A stretch of 64,000 bases of DNA from Thermodesulfobacteriota bacterium. GTDB taxonomy: Bacteria; Desulfobacterota; BSN033; UBA1163. The stretch spans positions 2,513-66,512 of the forward strand of contig JAPVTA010000075.1 of NCBI GenBank assembly GCA_047519465.1. Reading direction: 5' to 3'. Below the pieces are notes generated by a model. That model saw only the letters and a program-made list of their open reading frames with translations. It was not told the origin of the DNA and searched no databases. Below, piece after piece: positions 39,012 to 51,636 of this stretch (position 1 is the first letter of the stretch; every line of letters begins with the position of its first letter). The translations under genes were made by a program, and so were the position numbers.

Positions 39012-40319
39012 TTATCCTTCACTTCTCTTCTTCCACTCTTCCATGTCCTTCAATGCGCGCTTGGCCAAAAGGAGTCGTTTCTCTCTGCCCCTGCTCTTCC
39101 CCCGTAAAGGGGGAAACAGACCAAAGTTGATATTCATCGGTTGAAAGGGAACAGCGGTGGAATGAGTGATATAATCGACTAAGGCGCCTATGGCGGTTGT
39201 AGACGGGGGGATAAGGGGGGGCATTCCATTCGCATATCGATGGGCATTCATTCCGGACAGCAATCCCATCGCCGTCGACTCCGTGTACCCTTCTACCCCT
39301 GTAATCTGCCCGGCGAAAAAGAGGCTCGGAAGAGCCTTGAGTTGGAGCGATTCCACCAGCAGCCGTGGGGAGTCTATAAAAGTATTGCGATGGATAGAGC
39401 CCAGTCGAACAAATTCCGCATTTTCTAACCCGGGGATCATTCGGAATATCTTCTTCTGCTCCTCGTGCTTCAATCGGGTTTGAAACCCCACCAGATTGAA
39501 AAGCGTTTTAAACCGGTCCTCCTGCCTCAACTGGACGACGGCAAAAGGCTGTTTTCCTGTTTTCGGATCGATCAGGCCAACCGGCTTGAGAGGCCCAAAA
39601 GCAAGAGTCCCCCTGCCCCGTTCCGCCATCTCTTCGACGGGAAGGCATCCTTCAAAGAGATACCTTCTTTCAAACGGATGCACCAGCGCCCTCTCCGCCC
39701 TATTCAAGGCCTCCACAAATCTGCCGTAGACTTCCTCATCCATCGGGCAATTGACGTAGTCCTCTCCCCCTTTGCCATAACGAGACGATTTAAAGGCACG
39801 CTGAAAATCGATTGAATCAGCGGTGACGATGGGTGAAATGGCATCATAAAAAAAGAGGTGACGGCTTCCGGTCGCCCGCTGAATCTCCCTGCTGAAAACT
39901 TCGGACGTGAGCGGACCGGTCGCGATAATCGTAATCCGATCTTGAGGAATGGAAGAAGCCTCTTTTCGGATCACCTTCACATTGTTTAAGTCTTCCAACG
40001 CGCGGGTGATCTGCCCTGAAAAAACCTCTCGATCCACAGCCAAAGAATCTCCGGCAGGAACCCTTGCCCCCTTGGCGACCTTTAAGACGAGGGATTCCAA
40101 TTTTCCCATCTCTTCCTTTAGGATGCCGGAAGCGTTTTCAAGGGATTCCGATTTGAAAGAATTACTGCAGACCAATTCTGCAAAGAAAGGAGAGCGGTGG
40201 GCTGAAGAATAGACCTCCGGCTTCATCTCGTAGAGGATCACCTTCCCTCCTCTCTTGGCAATTTGCCAGGCCGCTTCACACCCCGCCAGCCCTGCTCCGA
40301 TGACGACAATGGGTTCCAT
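39012..40319 (-). CDS. trmFO: Methylenetetrahydrofolate--tRNA-(uracil-5-)-methyltransferase
   Basis: GAGLAGCEAAWQ, ELVCSNS, FFYDAISP, FEGCLP, GFQT, HRNTF, GVEGY. Confidence 0.96.
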   Translation of the reverse strand: MEPIVVIGAGLAGCEAAWQIAKRGGKVILYEMKPEVYSSAHRSPFFAELVCSNSFKSESLENASGILKEEMGKLESLVLKVAKGARVPAGDSLAVDREVFSGQITRALEDLNNVKVIRKEASSIPQDRITIIATGPLTSEVFSREIQRATGSRHLFFYDAISPIVTADSIDFQRAFKSSRYGKGGEDYVNCPMDEEVYGRFVEALNRAERALVHPFERRYLFEGCLPVEEMAERGRGTLAFGPLKPVGLIDPKTGKQPFAVVQLRQEDRFKTLFNLVGFQTRLKHEEQKKIFRMIPGLENAEFVRLGSIHRNTFIDSPRLLVESLQLKALPSLFFAGQITGVEGYTESTAMGLLSGMNAHRYANGMPPLIPPSTTAIGALVDYITHSTAVPFQPMNINFGLFPPLRGKSRGREKRLLLAKRALKDMEEWKKRSEG

Positions 40320-40649
40320 CGATTCTCATTTTATTCGGTCTCCCCCAAATTTGCAAAGTAAAATTTCAAGGTTCTATCGAGATCCTTCATCCTATTTCTT
40401 TCGTTTCTATCTGAGGTCTGGAATCTAAGACAGGGCTTGCGGGGCATGTGCCCGCCAAAGGAGTTCGAAAATACTTGGAAGAGCTAAAACAGACCGGGCG
40501 AACAGTAAATTACGGGCATTCCACCATCGGATGATTGGGGTAGCGGATTCATCAATCTCGGTTACACCTGCAATGAGTGGGGACTGCGCCACCATCCTAA
40601 TATGTCGATGATTGCGGTTAGAAAGGGAGTATGCCGAGCAGATATAAAG

Positions 40650-41243
40650 TTAACTAGAAGAAAGTGACTTACTCTTTGTCTGACCTTGTGCTCCAAAAGC
40701 ATTGAAAAGATCGTCAAGAAATTTAGGGTGAATAGAATAGCCCAAACTTTGTGCCTTCTTAACATCCGTCCATGATTTTTCATATTCTTTCTTAAAGTAA
40801 TAGGTGAACCCCCTTGCATAGTAGGTACCCGCATCTCCTGGATTTATCTCAAGAGCCTTGGTGTAATCAGAAATGGCTTGATCATACTGACCCTTAGCGT
40901 GATAGGCAAGCCCCCGATTAAAGTAGGCATCACCGTACCTTGGATTTATCTCAAGAGCCTTGGTATAATCAGAAATGGCAAGGTCATATTGGCATTGTTC
41001 CCCGTAAGCTCTCCCCCGATTGTGGTAGGCATAAGCCGCCCCCGGATTCATCTTAAGAGCCTTATCGAAATCCGAGATCGCCTTATTGTATTGACGCTTT
41101 TCCAAATAGGCAAGCCCACGACGTTCGTAGAACTCAGCATTTTTCGATTTGATCTGTTTTTGTTGAGCAGAGGCGTCGGAGAACAAAGAGAGGAGAACGA
41201 TTGTCACAAAGATCCATACGGATTTATATACACGATTCTTCAT
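40650..41243 (-). CDS. Exported TPR protein
   Basis: Signal peptide; repeated AY.NRG.AY...QYD.AISDYTKALEINP. Confidence 0.88.
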   Translation of the reverse strand: MKNRVYKSVWIFVTIVLLSLFSDASAQQKQIKSKNAEFYERRGLAYLEKRQYNKAISDFDKALKMNPGAAYAYHNRGRAYGEQCQYDLAISDYTKALEINPRYGDAYFNRGLAYHAKGQYDQAISDYTKALEINPGDAGTYYARGFTYYFKKEYEKSWTDVKKAQSLGYSIHPKFLDDLFNAFGAQGQTKSKSLSSS

Positions 41244-41632
41244 CGTCCCGCTTTTTATCAAACCCGCCTCAAACAAAAACCCTTATAAAAACAATGCTGA
41301 AAATTATGAGAGCCGAATACGATAACAGGATCATTGCAATTAGAATAGTTTCGACGTTATCCCTTATAAAATTGATAGAATGTTGAAGGGCTCCCATCAA
41401 AAACCCGCCAAATACCTCTGGGATTGTTTCCCGTAGAATAGGAGTTAAACTAAATAAGCAAAATATATGCCCGAACAATGAGCTCATTGTGAATCTGTTT
41501 ACGTACAGTAACTATTTATTTTCAAACATAAATTTAATGTATTCTTTGTCTTTGAAATTCGAAGGGCGGGGTTCGCGTGGATTGAAGTGAGTAATTTTTC
41601 GCAATAAATAGGCGTTTTCACTCACCCATCAT

Positions 41633-42643
41633 TCATTTTTGCCTATCCGAAGCTTTACGGAGCTCTCCGAGAAAATCTGGCGGAATTTTGTAGCCTAGAT
41701 CTTGTGCCCTCTTAATATCCTCCCAAGATCTTTCGTATTCTTTTCCAATATAATAAACCCTCCCCCGACTGAAGTAAGCCTTAGCAAAACCTGGATCAAT
41801 CTCAATGGCCCTATTGAAATCGGAAATGGCCTGATCGTATTGCTCTCTACGAGAGTAAATGACCCCCCGAGTTTCGTAGGCTGCAGCGTACTTCGGGTTT
41901 GTTTCAATAGATTTGCTAAGTAATAAAACGGCCTGGTCAAATTGTCGTCTCTGGAGATAGGCAAGTCCAACCTTATAATAAAACCAACTTTCTGCCGTTT
42001 TCCTCTCCCCTTCTCCCTCCGAACCCGGCATGACGTTGAAATCTCTCCATTTGTTTTGGAGGACCGCCTTCCTATCCCCTGGAGTAAGCCAATACCATTC
42101 GCTACCGTAAGGGGGCCTTCCAGCCCTCATAACCCATTCCTCCGAATGACCTCGGTGCAGCAAAAAGGCGTGAAATACCTCGTGCAAAAGGATATAGGAA
42201 TCCAACTCCCTGACGAAGAGATACCTCCAAAAAAATGTGTCCGTTGCCCCCAGAGGCAATCTACCCCCTGCAATATTATAGACAAAATGGACAAACGTGA
42301 TTGCGATATCAAATTCGTCTCTCTTACTCCACGTTTCCGTGGCAACCCTTATTTCCATCTTAATGATATCGTCGAGCTCATCTTCCCACGTGATCTGGCG
42401 CCAATCGACAATTTCAAGTCTTATTCCGACTTGCATCTCAATAAGGCTTGAGCATTTTGAAATAAATTTTTCGATTTCTTCTCTCCGAATGGAATTATCG
42501 GTTATCAGAAGGACTCTTAAGGTTCGAATCGGCTCGTTTTCAGCTTTAAACTCAGGACGGTTGAGCAAGGGCTTGACGCTTCCGGCATAACAACCGGCTA
42601 GGCAGACCAGGAGTATCAGAAATACAAGCTTTTTCGCTTTCAT
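41633..42643 (-). CDS. Lipoprotein with zincin-like HExxH domain and C-terminal TPRs
   Basis: Lipobox LAGC; LLHEVFHAFLLHRGHS..WVM; three TPR units. Confidence 0.7.
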   Translation of the reverse strand: MKAKKLVFLILLVCLAGCYAGSVKPLLNRPEFKAENEPIRTLRVLLITDNSIRREEIEKFISKCSSLIEMQVGIRLEIVDWRQITWEDELDDIIKMEIRVATETWSKRDEFDIAITFVHFVYNIAGGRLPLGATDTFFWRYLFVRELDSYILLHEVFHAFLLHRGHSEEWVMRAGRPPYGSEWYWLTPGDRKAVLQNKWRDFNVMPGSEGEGERKTAESWFYYKVGLAYLQRRQFDQAVLLLSKSIETNPKYAAAYETRGVIYSRREQYDQAISDFNRAIEIDPGFAKAYFSRGRVYYIGKEYERSWEDIKRAQDLGYKIPPDFLGELRKASDRQK

Positions 42644-42760
42644 GACCCCGTTTCGAGTTTTCCTTCGTTTTCTGTGCATACTCCGCTGCAACGACATCGG
42701 GTCAATCTTAACAGAATTCAGTTAGATGAAACAGGCGCAAACCAATTCCCCCGTCGATCA

Positions 42761-44812
42761 TCAGGTCGAAGGCGAGCATCTATCCAGTTCTCGTCTTACC
42801 ACCTGGCCTATCTTCTCGAGCACATAAGGCTTCATGACAAAGGCCCCGGCACCCAGACCCAGAGCCTGTCTGACACGCTCCGTCTCCGAAAAACCGCTTA
42901 CGATAATCGCTTTCTGTGCAGGATGTAACTCCAGAATCCTCCTGTAAGTCTCTAGGCCATCCATGCCGGGATCCAGGATCATGTCCAAAATAAGAAGATC
43001 CACTCCCCGCGTCTTCATGTATTCAATGGCTGCTTCTCCACCGGGAACGGATATGGCTTGATAATTGAGCTTACTCAACATGGTCACAGCGAGCTCGCGC
43101 TGCTCTCTCACATCATCTACCACCAGGATGGTTTCCCCTTTCCCCATATAACCTGAGACGGAAATCGGCGGCTGATTCAACGTCAAGACCTCTCTCGTCA
43201 CCGGAAGGTAAAGTGAAAACTTCGTCCCTCTGCCCTCCTCACTCTGAACATCAATATAACCGTCATGGTCCTTTACCGACCCCCATACCACCGCCAGCCC
43301 CAAACCCGTCCCACTCCTTCCCATCGCCTTCTTCGTATAGAAAGGCTCAAAAATCCTAGCCATATCCTCAGTAGAAATTCCTTTCCCCGTATCCGAAACT
43401 TCAAGAACCACATAATCCCCCTCCTTCATATCGTCATATCCCTTAACGGCTCGATCCAGATACTGATTCTTTGTGGATATCGTCACGACACCCGTCTCGG
43501 GGATGGCCTCTGCAGCGTTAGAGATGAGGTTCATCACTGTCTTGGAAAGATGCACACGAGAACCCTTAACCGGTAGGAGGTCTGATTTAAGAAGGACCTC
43601 GAAACGTACATTTGGATGAAAAGACTGGATCTTCTCCTGCTCAGGACTATTCATGTAATCGGAAATCACACTGTTCAAGTTCATTATTTCCATGGAAACC
43701 ATGCCCCGCCTCGCCAGGGTCAGTAGGTCCTGAACAACTTCTGCTGCTTTCAGCCCTGACCGCTTGATGGCTAAAATCGATTCTCGCAGTGGGCTGTTAT
43801 CGGGCAATTGCATCAAAATCAAGTCCGGATAACCCACAATACCACTTAAAATATTGTTCAGATCATGAGCTACCCCACCTGCCAGCGTCCCCAGGGCCTC
43901 CATCTTCTTCATCCGCTGGATACGGGCTTCGAGGCCCTTCCGATCCGCTTCCGCCCGCACGCGCTCAGTGATATTGCGGTCAATGCCCCTGTAGCCAGCA
44001 TAGTTTCCGTCTTTTCCAAATATCGGAACACCACTCGTCTCCAGCACAACGAGGTGTCCCTCCTTGTGCACGTTTGTATTCTCCAGTCTCGTGAAAGGCT
44101 TTCGAAGCTTGACGATGTCCCTGAACAATTTGGCTATCCGGTCTGCCTCCTCCAGTGGCATTAAATCAAATGGTTTCTTACCAATGACTTCCTCTGGATC
44201 GTATCCCAACAGGTCCTTCACTTTCGGACTGGCATAAGTATAGAAGTCATGCTCGTCTACTTCCCATACCCAATCACTGGTCGTCTCGACCAAGGAACGG
44301 AATCGCTGTTCACTCTCTCGCAGCGCTCTCTCCATCTGCTTGCGGTCGGTGATATCCCGAATAACACACACCACTCGATCTATACCCTTTGGATTTTCAA
44401 TCGGAAAATATTGCACCAACAAATCCCTTTCACCTAACGTCGGGTATACATATTTCATTTCATATTGGACGACTTTACCTCGAAAACAGGCGTCCAGGTT
44501 TTTTTTAACCACCTTCTCGAAAACGTCTTTGCCCAAAACTTCCTGAGCTGACCTTCCGATCACCTGTTCCCTGCTCAAACCGCGATATTTGAGGAATCCT
44601 GCGTTGGCAAGGATGTAATGGTAATGCTGATCGACCACCGCGACCATATCTTGTGAACTTTCGATCACTTTTTGGTATTCTTGCAGTGTCTCCTCCGAAC
44701 ACTTGTGCTCCCTGACTCTCGCTTCCAATTCAGCAATTCTTTGGCGCAATTCCACCAATTCATTCATAAGTTGATTCTTTCCCTTATCCAGATCTTTCAT
44801 TCTTAGCGCCAT
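42761..44812 (-). CDS. Hybrid sensor histidine kinase (two PAS domains, kinase, receiver)
   Basis: AGGVAHDLNN, NL..NA, D.G.G, FEPFYT, GTGLGL, receiver LILDM. Confidence 0.93.
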   Translation of the reverse strand: MALRMKDLDKGKNQLMNELVELRQRIAELEARVREHKCSEETLQEYQKVIESSQDMVAVVDQHYHYILANAGFLKYRGLSREQVIGRSAQEVLGKDVFEKVVKKNLDACFRGKVVQYEMKYVYPTLGERDLLVQYFPIENPKGIDRVVCVIRDITDRKQMERALRESEQRFRSLVETTSDWVWEVDEHDFYTYASPKVKDLLGYDPEEVIGKKPFDLMPLEEADRIAKLFRDIVKLRKPFTRLENTNVHKEGHLVVLETSGVPIFGKDGNYAGYRGIDRNITERVRAEADRKGLEARIQRMKKMEALGTLAGGVAHDLNNILSGIVGYPDLILMQLPDNSPLRESILAIKRSGLKAAEVVQDLLTLARRGMVSMEIMNLNSVISDYMNSPEQEKIQSFHPNVRFEVLLKSDLLPVKGSRVHLSKTVMNLISNAAEAIPETGVVTISTKNQYLDRAVKGYDDMKEGDYVVLEVSDTGKGISTEDMARIFEPFYTKKAMGRSGTGLGLAVVWGSVKDHDGYIDVQSEEGRGTKFSLYLPVTREVLTLNQPPISVSGYMGKGETILVVDDVREQRELAVTMLSKLNYQAISVPGGEAAIEYMKTRGVDLLILDMILDPGMDGLETYRRILELHPAQKAIIVSGFSETERVRQALGLGAGAFVMKPYVLEKIGQVVRRELDRCSPST

Positions 44813-45118
44813 CCCTCCCAGTACCTTTAGCTCCATGAAGTGAGTCTTCACGGAATCTTCCTCTTATCAAGAAATCCCTGATTCGTCAATCAAATGATCC
44901 AAATTGCCTTAGAACATGAGGGGAAGGGATTAGAAGTCTCTATTAAGTTGAAATCTAAATGTTTCGACGCACCTTGTCAATGAACAGCAGGAGGAAGGAA
45001 GCCAGGTTTTCTTGAATCTTCAATGCATCCGGCAGACGATGGCAGGAATTCCACCGTGACTTATTCCCTTATGGATCCGTCGAAAAAGGGGTACTTAAAA
45101 CGGTAAGCTGCTTCCGTC

Positions 45119-45991
45119 TTATTTCTTTAGCTTCAGGATCTGCCGTGCCTCTTGTGCACTGGCCACCTCCCTGTCCATGAGCTTAGCAATATCCACTGCC
45201 TTATTGACCAGCTGAGCGTTGCTTGCCGCTAAGGTACCTTTTTTGATATAAATGTTGTCTTCAAATCCCACGCGAATATGACCTCCCATGACCACGGAAG
45301 CAGCCGCCATGGGGAATTGGCTGGAGCCGGTGCCAAAGGCATACCAAAGCGCATCTCTCGGAAGGTTGTTACGCATATAGACCATGTTCTCGACGGTAGC
45401 CTCAACCCCCCAAGGAATGCCAAGACAGAGCTGGAATAAAGGTGGTTTCTCCACAAGCCCTTTGCTCACAAGATAATTGGCAATACGGATGTGGCCTATA
45501 TCGAAGACCTCTAACTCGGGTTTTGTGCCGGCTCCTTGAATCATTGTGGCCATCGTCTCCACGACGGACACCAAATTGACGAAAGCCCTCTGGCCAAAGT
45601 TCAGTGTGCCTACGTCCAGGGAGCAGAGTTCAGGTTTTAATTTAACCACATGCTCAGCGCGTTCTTCAGGGCTCTTCAAGTACAAAGTATCCCAAGGGTG
45701 GCCTTTTGCCCCAGGATCGTAACCTAAGCGACCCCCGAACCCAGTAGATAGGTTGATAATCATGTCGCATTTCTCGCGGATGCGTTCGACGACCTCTTGG
45801 TACAACTCAAATTTGGAAGAAGGCTCGTGTGTTTCAGGATCCCGCACGTGAACATGGCAAATGGCCGCACCTGCGCGATAGCTCTCGATGGCGCTCTCGG
45901 CGATCTCTTTGGGAGTCATGGGAACGTTTGGGTTCTTCTCACGGGTGGTGATCCCTCCGACAAGCGCCACAGTTACGATAACCTTTTCCAT
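45119..45991 (-). CDS. Beta-keto acid cleavage enzyme family (DUF849/Kce)
   Basis: NPNVP.TP.EIA, AGAA..HVHVRD, KPELE.FD, RVGFEDN. Confidence 0.92.
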   Translation of the reverse strand: MEKVIVTVALVGGITTREKNPNVPMTPKEIAESAIESYRAGAAICHVHVRDPETHEPSSKFELYQEVVERIREKCDMIINLSTGFGGRLGYDPGAKGHPWDTLYLKSPEERAEHVVKLKPELCSLDVGTLNFGQRAFVNLVSVVETMATMIQGAGTKPELEVFDIGHIRIANYLVSKGLVEKPPLFQLCLGIPWGVEATVENMVYMRNNLPRDALWYAFGTGSSQFPMAAASVVMGGHIRVGFEDNIYIKKGTLAASNAQLVNKAVDIAKLMDREVASAQEARQILKLKK

Positions 45992-46021
45992 GTTCCCCTC
46001 CTTTCATACAAAGCGGCGGGT

Positions 46022-46276
46022 TTATTTTGTATGGGCCTGAATACTTTTAACAATCAACATCCTCGCATAGGTAGTAGGAGGCAGACCTTCTTTATCAGCG
46101 AGCTCTCTTAACCTCTCTATGAACTTAGGCTCCAGACGTAAAGAGATAACTTCCTTCTTGGGTCGAACAAAAACCACGTCTTTGATTATCTTGAAGTCAC
46201 CGTGATAATCCGTCGAATTATGGGTATCCCAAAAATCTCTTTCTTCCTTTAAGCTTTTAAATTTCGGTACCTTCAT
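46022..46276 (-). CDS. CopG/BrnA-like antitoxin (ribbon-helix-helix), apparently orphan
   Basis: PKFKS..EE..FWDTH, ISLRL, A..EG. Confidence 0.8.
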   Translation of the reverse strand: MKVPKFKSLKEERDFWDTHNSTDYHGDFKIIKDVVFVRPKKEVISLRLEPKFIERLRELADKEGLPPTTYARMLIVKSIQAHTK

Positions 46277-46389
46277 TCTTTTCTCCTTAGGGCATATTAG
46301 CGGAAGGACTGAGGCTCGTCAACGAGAATTATTAGATGGACGCGACTTACCCTTGGAACCATCTCCAATTTCGTGACAAATGCCCAAGG

Positions 46390-46427
46390 CCCCTCACCCC
46401 CGCCCTCTCCCCTAAGGGGAGAGGGGA
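46390..46427. repeat. REP-like palindrome
   Basis: CCCCTCACCCCCGCCCTCTCCCC-TAA-GGGGAGAGGGGA. Confidence 0.65.
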
Positions 46428-46476
46428 GTAGAGGTTGCTTTGACAATTCCTTTGAAAGGTGGTTACGATTATCTTC

Positions 46477-47784
46477 GTGAAGATTGAACTGATCGTGCCG
46501 GCGGTTGAAGAGAATGCCCGCGTCCCTAACCTCGCTCTCCCTATCCTTGCCGGTCTCTCCCCACCTGATGCCCAAATCTCTTTCACCGATGATCTCCTAA
46601 CTCCTATCGATCTGGACAAGGATCTGAAGGAAGTCGATCTGGTGGGCATCACGGTTTTAACTAAAACAGCCGTGAGGGCTTATGACATCGCTGACGCTTA
46701 TCGGAAAAAAGGAATACCCGTTGTCCTCGGCGGAATTCATCCTACTGCCGTTCCGGAGGAAGCAAAAGAACATGCCGACTCCGTCGTCCTTGGAGAGGCT
46801 GAAGAAGTCTGGCCTCAATTAGTCGAGGATGGGAGAGCGGGAAACCTCAAGCCTTTTTACCGGCAGGAAGGCTACACAGAATTATCAAAAATGCCAATGC
46901 CTCGGCGAGACATTCTGCCCCGAAAGGGGTATCTTCCCCTGGATGTGGTTCAGGTGTCACGGGGATGTCCTTTCCGATGTGAATTCTGTACTGTCCAGAA
47001 ATTTTTTGGAGAAGCTCAACGGTTCAGACCCATTTCCGAGGTCGTCGACGAGGTTCGTCGCCTTCGTCACCGCTGGATGATGTTCAACGATGATAATATC
47101 ATTGGAAACCCTTCCTACTCGAAAGAGTTACTCAAGGCCTTAATCCCTCTCAGGAAGAAATGGTTCGGCCAGGCTTCTCTATCCGGGCTGAGAAAAGTCG
47201 AAAATGTGGAATTGCTGGCCAAGAGCGGCTGCATCAGTCTCTTTATCGGTTTCGAATCTCTTTCGAAGAAAAACCTGGTGGCAGCCCAAAAACCCCAAAA
47301 TGATCCGTCAGAGTATAGGGAAATCATCGAGTCTCTACATCGGTTTGGAATTGCCATCTGCGGCGCTTTCATCTTCGGATTTGATGAGGATGATTCTTCC
47401 GTATTTGGAGAGACGGCTTCTTTCGCTGTTCAGGCCAAACTCTTCTCCGCGGTCTTTATGATTCTTACTGCTTATCCAGAAACGGCCTTTTACCACAGAG
47501 TAAAAAATGAGGGACGTTTAGCACAGGACCAGTGGTGGTTACTGGAAAAGCCGGAGGATTCGGCTCCCCATTTTCTTCCGAAGAAAATGAGCGGCGAGAC
47601 ACTCCGGGAAGGCTGGAAAAGGGCCTGGAAGGAGTTTTACTCCTACCCTTCCATTTGGAAACGATTCCACTGGGAGTATTCACCCACGCTGATCAATCGA
47701 ATCGGCTACTTTCCTTTTCAGGTGATGCAGCACCGGTTTACGAAGAAGAAAATCCTCGGGGGGAAACGAAGATACCGTGGATGA
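46477..47784 (+). CDS. B12-binding radical SAM protein
   Basis: VVLGGIHP, GEAE, RGCPFRCEFC, DDN, IGFES; likely GTG start at 46477. Confidence 0.9.
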   Translation: MKIELIVPAVEENARVPNLALPILAGLSPPDAQISFTDDLLTPIDLDKDLKEVDLVGITVLTKTAVRAYDIADAYRKKGIPVVLGGIHPTAVPEEAKEHADSVVLGEAEEVWPQLVEDGRAGNLKPFYRQEGYTELSKMPMPRRDILPRKGYLPLDVVQVSRGCPFRCEFCTVQKFFGEAQRFRPISEVVDEVRRLRHRWMMFNDDNIIGNPSYSKELLKALIPLRKKWFGQASLSGLRKVENVELLAKSGCISLFIGFESLSKKNLVAAQKPQNDPSEYREIIESLHRFGIAICGAFIFGFDEDDSSVFGETASFAVQAKLFSAVFMILTAYPETAFYHRVKNEGRLAQDQWWLLEKPEDSAPHFLPKKMSGETLREGWKRAWKEFYSYPSIWKRFHWEYSPTLINRIGYFPFQVMQHRFTKKKILGGKRRYRG

Positions 47785-47870
47785 ATCAATATCAAATGTC
47801 AAGGTTCAAAGTTCAAATGAAATTCAAAGCCCCCTCACCCTTCCCCTCTCCCCGCTGGGGGAGGGAGGGG
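47785..47870. repeat. Heptamer-repeat half element joined to a REP-like palindrome
   Basis: TCAAATG TCAAGGT TCAAAGT TCAAATG..TCAAAG followed by CCCTCACCCTTCCCCTCTCCCC..GGGGGAGGG. Confidence 0.6.
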
Positions 47871-47891
47871 CTCCGCTTTCAAGAGATAGGC

Positions 47892-50114
<2,223 letters not shown>

Positions 50115-50178
50115 CTAATGCTTAGCCCTTTCTTGGAAATTCTGTATTTTAATCTAATAACTCATAATTTTCTATTTT

Positions 50179-51279
50179 TCACATCTTCTTACTGAAACAT
50201 TTGCCCGGCCACTGGGAGATCAGTCCTTTTAATTCCAGATTCAGGAGGAGACTGGAGACGCTTCCCGGGTCCAATTGGCTCTCCCGTATGATGGCGTCGA
50301 TATGCAATGGATTCTCGTCTAATAGCCCGTAGAGACATTTTTCCGCTTCCGTAAGAGCGAGAACGGCATCCCCTCCCCTTTGAGCCATCTCCCCTTCCCT
50401 CCTCCATTGGGGCAATACTTCTTCAAGGATGTCCTCGCTGGACTCCACCAGCTTTGCCCCCTCTTTGATCAACTGATTCGTGCCACGGCTGCCTTCGGCT
50501 CCAATATTTCCTGGAACGGCAAAGACTTCCCTCCCTTGCTCTAACGCATAGCCGGCGGTGATCAGGGATCCGCTCTCTGCGCTGGCCTGAACAATCACTA
50601 CTCCGATGGAAAGACCGCTGATAATCCGGTTCCTTCTCGGAAAATGTCCGGCCTCGGGAGGAGACCCCATCGGAAATTCAGAAAGGACAGCCCCCTGGTC
50701 GATGATCTGATGACAGAGATTCCGGTTTTCGGAAGGATAGATCACGTCTACGCCGCACCCGAATACGGCAATCGTTCTCCCCCCTCCTTGGAGCGCCCCT
50801 TTGTGGGCCACCGAATCGATGCCCCTTGCCATTCCGCTGACAACAGTCACTCCATGACGGGCAAGATCCTTTCCTATCCTTTCCGTAACCTCTCTCCCAT
50901 AGGCAGAGGTTTTTCGGCTCCCGACGATGGCAACGGCCAATTCGTCCTCTCTTCTTAGTTCTCCCCTGAGATAAAGCAGCGCAGGAGGATCGTAAATATC
51001 CTTCAAACGCTTCGGGTAGTCATCGTCCTTCAAAGTAACAACCCTGCCTCCCACCTTTTCTAAGAGAGATAACTCCCTTTTTACGATTTTTTCCGATGGG
51101 CCTTTTTGGATTTCGCCGGCCACCCTTTCCCCCATTCCCTCAATTCTGAGCAATTCTTTCAGCGGGGCGCGGAAGACAGCCTCCGGCGTCCTGAATCGAT
51201 CCAAGAGCCGTTTGATAAGAACGCTTCCCACCCCGTGGGTGAGGCTTAGGGCCAACCAGTGAAAAATATCTTCGGCCAT
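50179..51279 (-). CDS. dprA: DNA-processing protein DprA
   Basis: AIVGSR, VSGMARGID, FPRRNRIISG, SGSLITA, VFAVPG. Confidence 0.96.
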   Translation of the reverse strand: MAEDIFHWLALSLTHGVGSVLIKRLLDRFRTPEAVFRAPLKELLRIEGMGERVAGEIQKGPSEKIVKRELSLLEKVGGRVVTLKDDDYPKRLKDIYDPPALLYLRGELRREDELAVAIVGSRKTSAYGREVTERIGKDLARHGVTVVSGMARGIDSVAHKGALQGGGRTIAVFGCGVDVIYPSENRNLCHQIIDQGAVLSEFPMGSPPEAGHFPRRNRIISGLSIGVVIVQASAESGSLITAGYALEQGREVFAVPGNIGAEGSRGTNQLIKEGAKLVESSEDILEEVLPQWRREGEMAQRGGDAVLALTEAEKCLYGLLDENPLHIDAIIRESQLDPGSVSSLLLNLELKGLISQWPGKCFSKKM

Positions 51280-51380
51280 AAGGATCCTCGGGCGAGAAAG
51301 TCCGTCATCGACGGAAGTTGAGTGACAAAAAAAGGCTCAGGAGATACGAGAAAAATCTCCGAAGCCCGGTGGAAATTCCA

Positions 51381-51556
51381 ATGAAGCTCCCCGCCCTGCG
51401 GGCGGGGACGTTCGACAGAGCTCACAGCCCTGATGGAATCGAGTAGGCTTCCCAACACGCAGTGGCGAGCACGATGCACGCCAAGGAAGTTTTCTTCTAT
51501 GTCGTGCCCCTTGACCTCCGTCTGGAGAACGGGTGTTGCGAGGCACGTCCCGGCCA
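51381..51556 (+). repeat. Expanded copy of the GTGAAGCTCCCC repeat family
   Basis: ATGAAGCTCCCCGCCC-TGC-GGGCGGGG, an insert, then GCTTCCC...GTGCCCC...GGCAC..CCGGCCA. Confidence 0.6.
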
Positions 51557-51636
51557 CCCGAGTCCCTTAGGCGCTTGCCCTATGACGATGGGTGTTTGGA
51601 GCTCGATGACGACGGGGATGCTTCAACGCAATTGTA

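Noticed and set aside
41269-41487. 72 aa hydrophobic ORF
   Set aside because: AT-rich, with no clear RBS or motif; it may be real but cannot be supported.
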